Made by a program: the position numbers and the translations under genes. Shown piece by piece: positions 59,294 to 64,000 of a stretch of DNA of 64,000 nucleotides (position 1 is the first letter of the stretch; the number at the start of each line of letters is the position of its first letter). A model generated the notes under the pieces. It did not search any database. It saw only the letters and a list, made by a program, of their open reading frames with translations, and was not told the origin of the DNA. Source of the stretch: Eledone cirrhosa. Taxonomy: Eukaryota. The DNA lies in assembly GCA_964016885.1 (NCBI GenBank), contig OZ024749.1, forward strand, positions 7,998,001-8,062,000. Reading direction: 5' to 3'.

Positions 59294-60961
59294 TGTGTGT
59301 GTGTGTGTGTATCAAATGATTGCTAACTATTTCAGAAAGCCTTACAATGCGCTAGAAATATATAAATAGCAAAGGATTGCGAATAAAACAAAACAAAGTA
59401 GTATTTTTCCGAACCAGGATATTTCAATATATTTTTGTGTTAGTACTCCCTGTTAAAGTATAAATGCTGAAATCGATGCAAAACAAAAACATCGATGTAT
59501 TCCTTCCTAACTGCTCTACTTCTTAAATATATATCTCAAATATATTGGTGAATACCATTAGCTAATTAATAAATACGAAAATGTACTTGTTATAATCCTC
59601 CTTTCAAAATCTAAATATGATAGTATCCCACATTATTTATCGATAGTATATATATCTGGGAATGGCATTTTAGTAAGCATGAGGAAATGAAATTATTTTT
59701 AGTAAATGTTATAATTGAAGGTAAAATAATCCATTATATGAGTCTTAAAATGCATCTAAAATATTGAAATTAGATTCCAATAACGTATATACTGACATGC
59801 TCACCACTCGTAATATGACTAACTACAATCTAGAACCACTACCAATAATAGGTTATTTACTGTTCTGTGCAATTGTAGAATTCCTGATAATTGACCCACC
59901 TAAAGGACATCGCCAAATAGGGAAAATTAATCTATTCTTCTCTGGCAATTACTGCAAATTGTACATTAAACTCTTTTTATTAAGGGTATTACTCACATTT
60001 ACATTCTTTTAGAAATGAAAATTTTAAAAATTATATCACTCGCGACAATTTATTTAGTGTCTGTACATTTTTAAGGTAGGATATTGTTTATGCCCCTCGA
60101 TCATTAATTTAGATATTTCATACGATGATGTTGGATGTGAATTTCCTCCAAGAAAATCATGAAATAGCAATGTTTGATAAACATCTAGAGAATCGAAGAC
60201 AAAAGATTATGATTTGCTGCCCACACAAATATTTCATGCATTTTCTAGAATGATTTATGGTCCTACATAGATAATATAATTTTCGTATTTTAGGAAAACT
60301 ACCATAACATTTAAATTCACTATAATTAAATACGTTTCATAAATTTTTAAGTTATGTATACAAGAAATATTGAACAAATTATTTTGCAGCTATATACTCC
60401 TTCTTGCCTAAGTAGTAATTGTAAAATAAATCTTAACAGTATAATTTATACCTTCCATTAACATAGAAAAATTCATGTTTCTTTATAAGAAAGTGAATGA
60501 AATATATCCACACTTAAGTGTGCATTAAGATATATTAAAACTTAGAACTGAAGACAATCTGCACTGAATGTAAGAATACATAATTTGTTGAGAATGTAAG
60601 ATTATATAATTCGTTGACTCTCTTATTAAATTGGATAAAAAATGAAAACAAAATACCTGATAACGATAAATAGTTCTAAGTTTTGATATATCTTAATGAA
60701 TACTTATGTGTGTATGAATATATTTCATTCACTTTCTTGTCATGATTAAGGCTCGATTTTATTCTCTGAATTCTATCTTGAGCTGTTTTTAGAGTCAAGA
60801 CATATATTTGATTTTGTATCATTCATGACATCCTTTACTTTCAATGTAATAATAATAATATGTTTCTTTATATTAAGTATATTTAATAATCTCCGATCTT
60901 CCATTAAGTTTTCATACATTTTATGATATTCGATGTTTTTGTGTTAATGAGATTTGTATGC

Positions 60962-63048
60962 ATTAGCTATGATTATATTGAATAACAACCTCTCCCTAGT
61001 CTACCTATATATCCCTATTATTAGCTATGGTTATATTGAATAACAACCTCTCCCTAGTCTAACTATATATCCCTATTATTAGCTATGGTTATATTGAATA
61101 ACAACCTCTCCCTAGACTAGCTATATATCCCTATTATTAGCTATGGTTATATTGAATAACAACCTCTCCCTAGTCTAACTATATATCCCTATTATTAGCT
61201 ATGGTTATATTCAATAACAACCTCTCCCTAGTCTAACAATATATCCCTATTATTAGCTATGGTTATATTGAATAACAACCTCTCCCTAGTCTAACTATAT
61301 ATCCCTATTATTAGCTATGGTTATATTGAATAACAACCTCTCCCTAGTCTACCTATATATCCCTATTATTAGCTATGGTTATATTGAATAACAACCTCTC
61401 CCTAGTCTAACTATATATCCCTATTATTAGCTATGGTTATATTGAATAACAACCTCTCCCTAGTCTAACTATATATCCCTATTATTAGCTATGCTTATAT
61501 TGAATAACAACCTCTCCCTAGTCTAACTATATATCCCTATTATTAGTTATGGTTATATTGAATAACAACCTCTCCCTAGTCTAACTATATATCCCTATTA
61601 TTAGCTATGGTTATATTGAATAATAACCTCTCCCTAGTCTAACTATATATCCCTATTATTAGCTATGGTTATATTGAATAACAACCTCTCCCTAGTCTAC
61701 CTATATATCCCTATTATTAGCTATGGTTCTATTGAATAACAACCTCTCCCTAGTCTAACTATATATCCCTATTATTAGCTATGGTTATATTGAATAACAA
61801 CCTCTCCCTAGTCTAACTATATATCCCTATTATTAGCTATGCTTATATTGAATAACAACCTCTCCCTAGTCTAACTATATATCCCTATTATTAGCTATGG
61901 TTATATTGAATAACAACCTCTCCCTAGACTAACTATATATCCCTATTATTAGCTATGGTTATATTGGATAACAACCTCTCCCTAGACTACCTATATATCC
62001 CTATTATTAGCTATGGTTATATTGAATAACAACCTCTCCCCAGTCTAACTATATATCCCTATTATTAGCTATGGTTATATTGAATAACAACCTCTCCCTA
62101 GACTACCTATATATCCCTATTATTAGCTATGGTTATATTGGATAACAACCTCTCCCTAGACTACCTATATATCCCTATTATTAGCTATGGTTATATTGAA
62201 TAACAACCTCTCCCTAGTCTAACTATATATCCCTATTATTAGCTATGGTTATATTGAATAACAACCTCTCCCTAGACTACCTATATATCCCTATTATTAG
62301 CTATGGTTATATTGAATAACAACCTCTCCCTAGACTACCTATATATCCCTATTATTAGCTATGGTTATATTGAATAACAACCTCTCCCTAGTCTAACTAT
62401 ATATCCCTATTATTAGCTATGGTTATATTGAATAACAACCTCTCCCTAGACTACCTATATATCCCTATTATTAGCTATGGTTATATTGAATAACAACCTC
62501 TCCCTAGTCTAACTATACATCCCTATTATTAGCTATGGTTATATTGAATAACAACCTCTCCCTAGTCTAACTATATATCCCTATCATTAGCTATGGTTAT
62601 ATTGAATAACAACCTCTCCCTAGTCTAACTATATATCCCTATTATTAGCTATGGTTATATTGAATAACAACCTCTCCCTAGTCTACCTATACATCCCTAT
62701 TATTATCTATGGTTATATTGAATAACAACCTCTCCCTAGTCTAACTATATATCCCTATTATTAGCTATGGTTATATTGAATAACAACCTCTCCCTAGACT
62801 ACCTATATATCCCTATTATTAGCTATGGTTATATTGAATAACAACCTCTCCCTAGACTACCTATATATCCCTATTATTAGCTATGATTATATTGAATAAC
62901 AACCTCTCCCTAGACTACCTATACATCCCTATTATTAGCTATGGTTATATTGAATAACAACCTCTCCCTAGACTAACTATACATCCCTATTATTAGCTAT
63001 GGTATTATTGAATAACAACCTCTCCCTAGACTCCCTATACATCCCTAT
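60962..63048. repeat. 58-bp minisatellite, about 36 copies
   Basis: Unit attagctatggttatattgaataacaacctctccctagtctaactatatatccctatt at 60962, 61020, ... Confidence 0.98.
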
Positions 63049-63067
63049 TTAACCACAATAAGGCATA

Positions 63068-63270
63068 ATGTGGCGGTGGATTGGCAGTATCGGTACAGTG
63101 TCGGACGCCATGCTTTGACGCATAGAGTTACGGCACTTGCCATTCTGAGTTCAAATCCCGCCAGGGTTAACTTTGCCTTTCATCCTTACGGGGGGTCGAT
63201 AAAATAAAGTACCAGTAATGTACTGGGTAATTTGCTGGCCTTGTGCCAAAAAAAGTAGAAACAATTATTA
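63068..63270 (+). mobile_element. SINE family 1, followed by an inverted copy of its head (63292-63392)
   Basis: Full head and body; 63050-63150 is the reverse complement of 63292-63392. Confidence 0.85.
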
Positions 63271-63807
63271 ACTATGGTTATACTGAATAACAACTCAGAA
63301 TGGCAAGGGCCGTAACTCTATGCGTCAAAGCATGGCGTCCGACACTCTACCGATACTGCCAATCGACCGCCACATGGTGCCTTATTATGGTTACATTTAT
63401 TTATTCTTAAATGGATCAACATAATTTTGCTCTGTTGGGTTCTGTTGAGAACCTTTCCTCTGTTACTGTAGTAAACCCGTGTTCTACCTCTATAAATACT
63501 AATGACCTTTAACATCGAAATAGGTGTGAAAGTAACAATTCTGCAGCCTTTTCTTTGTCACAGCTTTACGTTGAATTACTAAATTCGATACTTGCCTGTT
63601 TTATCCTTGTATTTTCTCTTTATCACATTTCCCCATTCATTTCCAAGCTTTATTGTGCTACATAAATTGTTTGGTTCGTAATTTAAGATTATTATTGGTA
63701 TTAAACTTATTATTGCTCATAATAATATCATTGTATTATATAATGTAATATAATATATAATAATATATATATGATATAGAAAATAGGCATTATTAGGTAT
63801 CTGATAT

Positions 63808-63813
63808 AATAAC

Positions 63814-63856
<43 letters not shown>

Positions 63857-63884
63857 TAACATCAATGACTGAGACTCAAAGAAC

Positions 63885-63967
<83 letters not shown>

Positions 63968-63970
63968 TAA
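63808..63970 (+). repeat. (TAA)n tract interrupted by a ~30-nt Dong-like 3' end
   Basis: aacatcaatgactgagactcaaagaac at 63858-63884 is identical to 1652-1678. Confidence 0.85.
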
Positions 63971-64000
63971 TATAAAAACGATAACAACACCAACAAGAGT

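Noticed and set aside
59330-60960. 1.6 kb AT-rich unique sequence with an 82-aa ORF at 59764
   Set aside because: Non-ATG start, no motif; consistent with ordinary intronic or intergenic DNA

Overview
Repeat-dominated eukaryotic DNA with no convincing host protein-coding gene. It is AT-rich and full of (TA)n/(CA)n/(CT)n microsatellites. The SINE/LINE content looks coleoid-cephalopod (Octopus-like); this is inference only. Almost all ORFs in the supplied track are low-complexity artefacts. Recognisable elements are a (TAA)n-embedded R4/Dong-like RLE retrotransposon fragment, RTE-like fragments, a ~3 kb frameshifted APE-RT LINE, several Penelope-like (RT + GIY-YIG) fragments, two tRNA-derived SINE families and several minisatellites. 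The main result of reading by eye is about 20 minimal type-I hammerhead ribozyme motifs, intact or near-intact, carried by many different short fold-back insertions in (TA)n tracts. One is a head-to-tail 595-bp array (29494-31310) with one hammerhead per unit, i.e. retrozyme-like. Its catalytic core is the compensatory U3:A8 variant (UUGAUAA), and an unrelated family carries the same variant (UUGAAAA). A separate non-microsatellite island (40880-43300) holds a degenerate SGNH-hydrolase-like frame, a convergent orphan ORF and a large foldback structure. Coordinates were read manually and may be a few bases off. No folding or database search was run.
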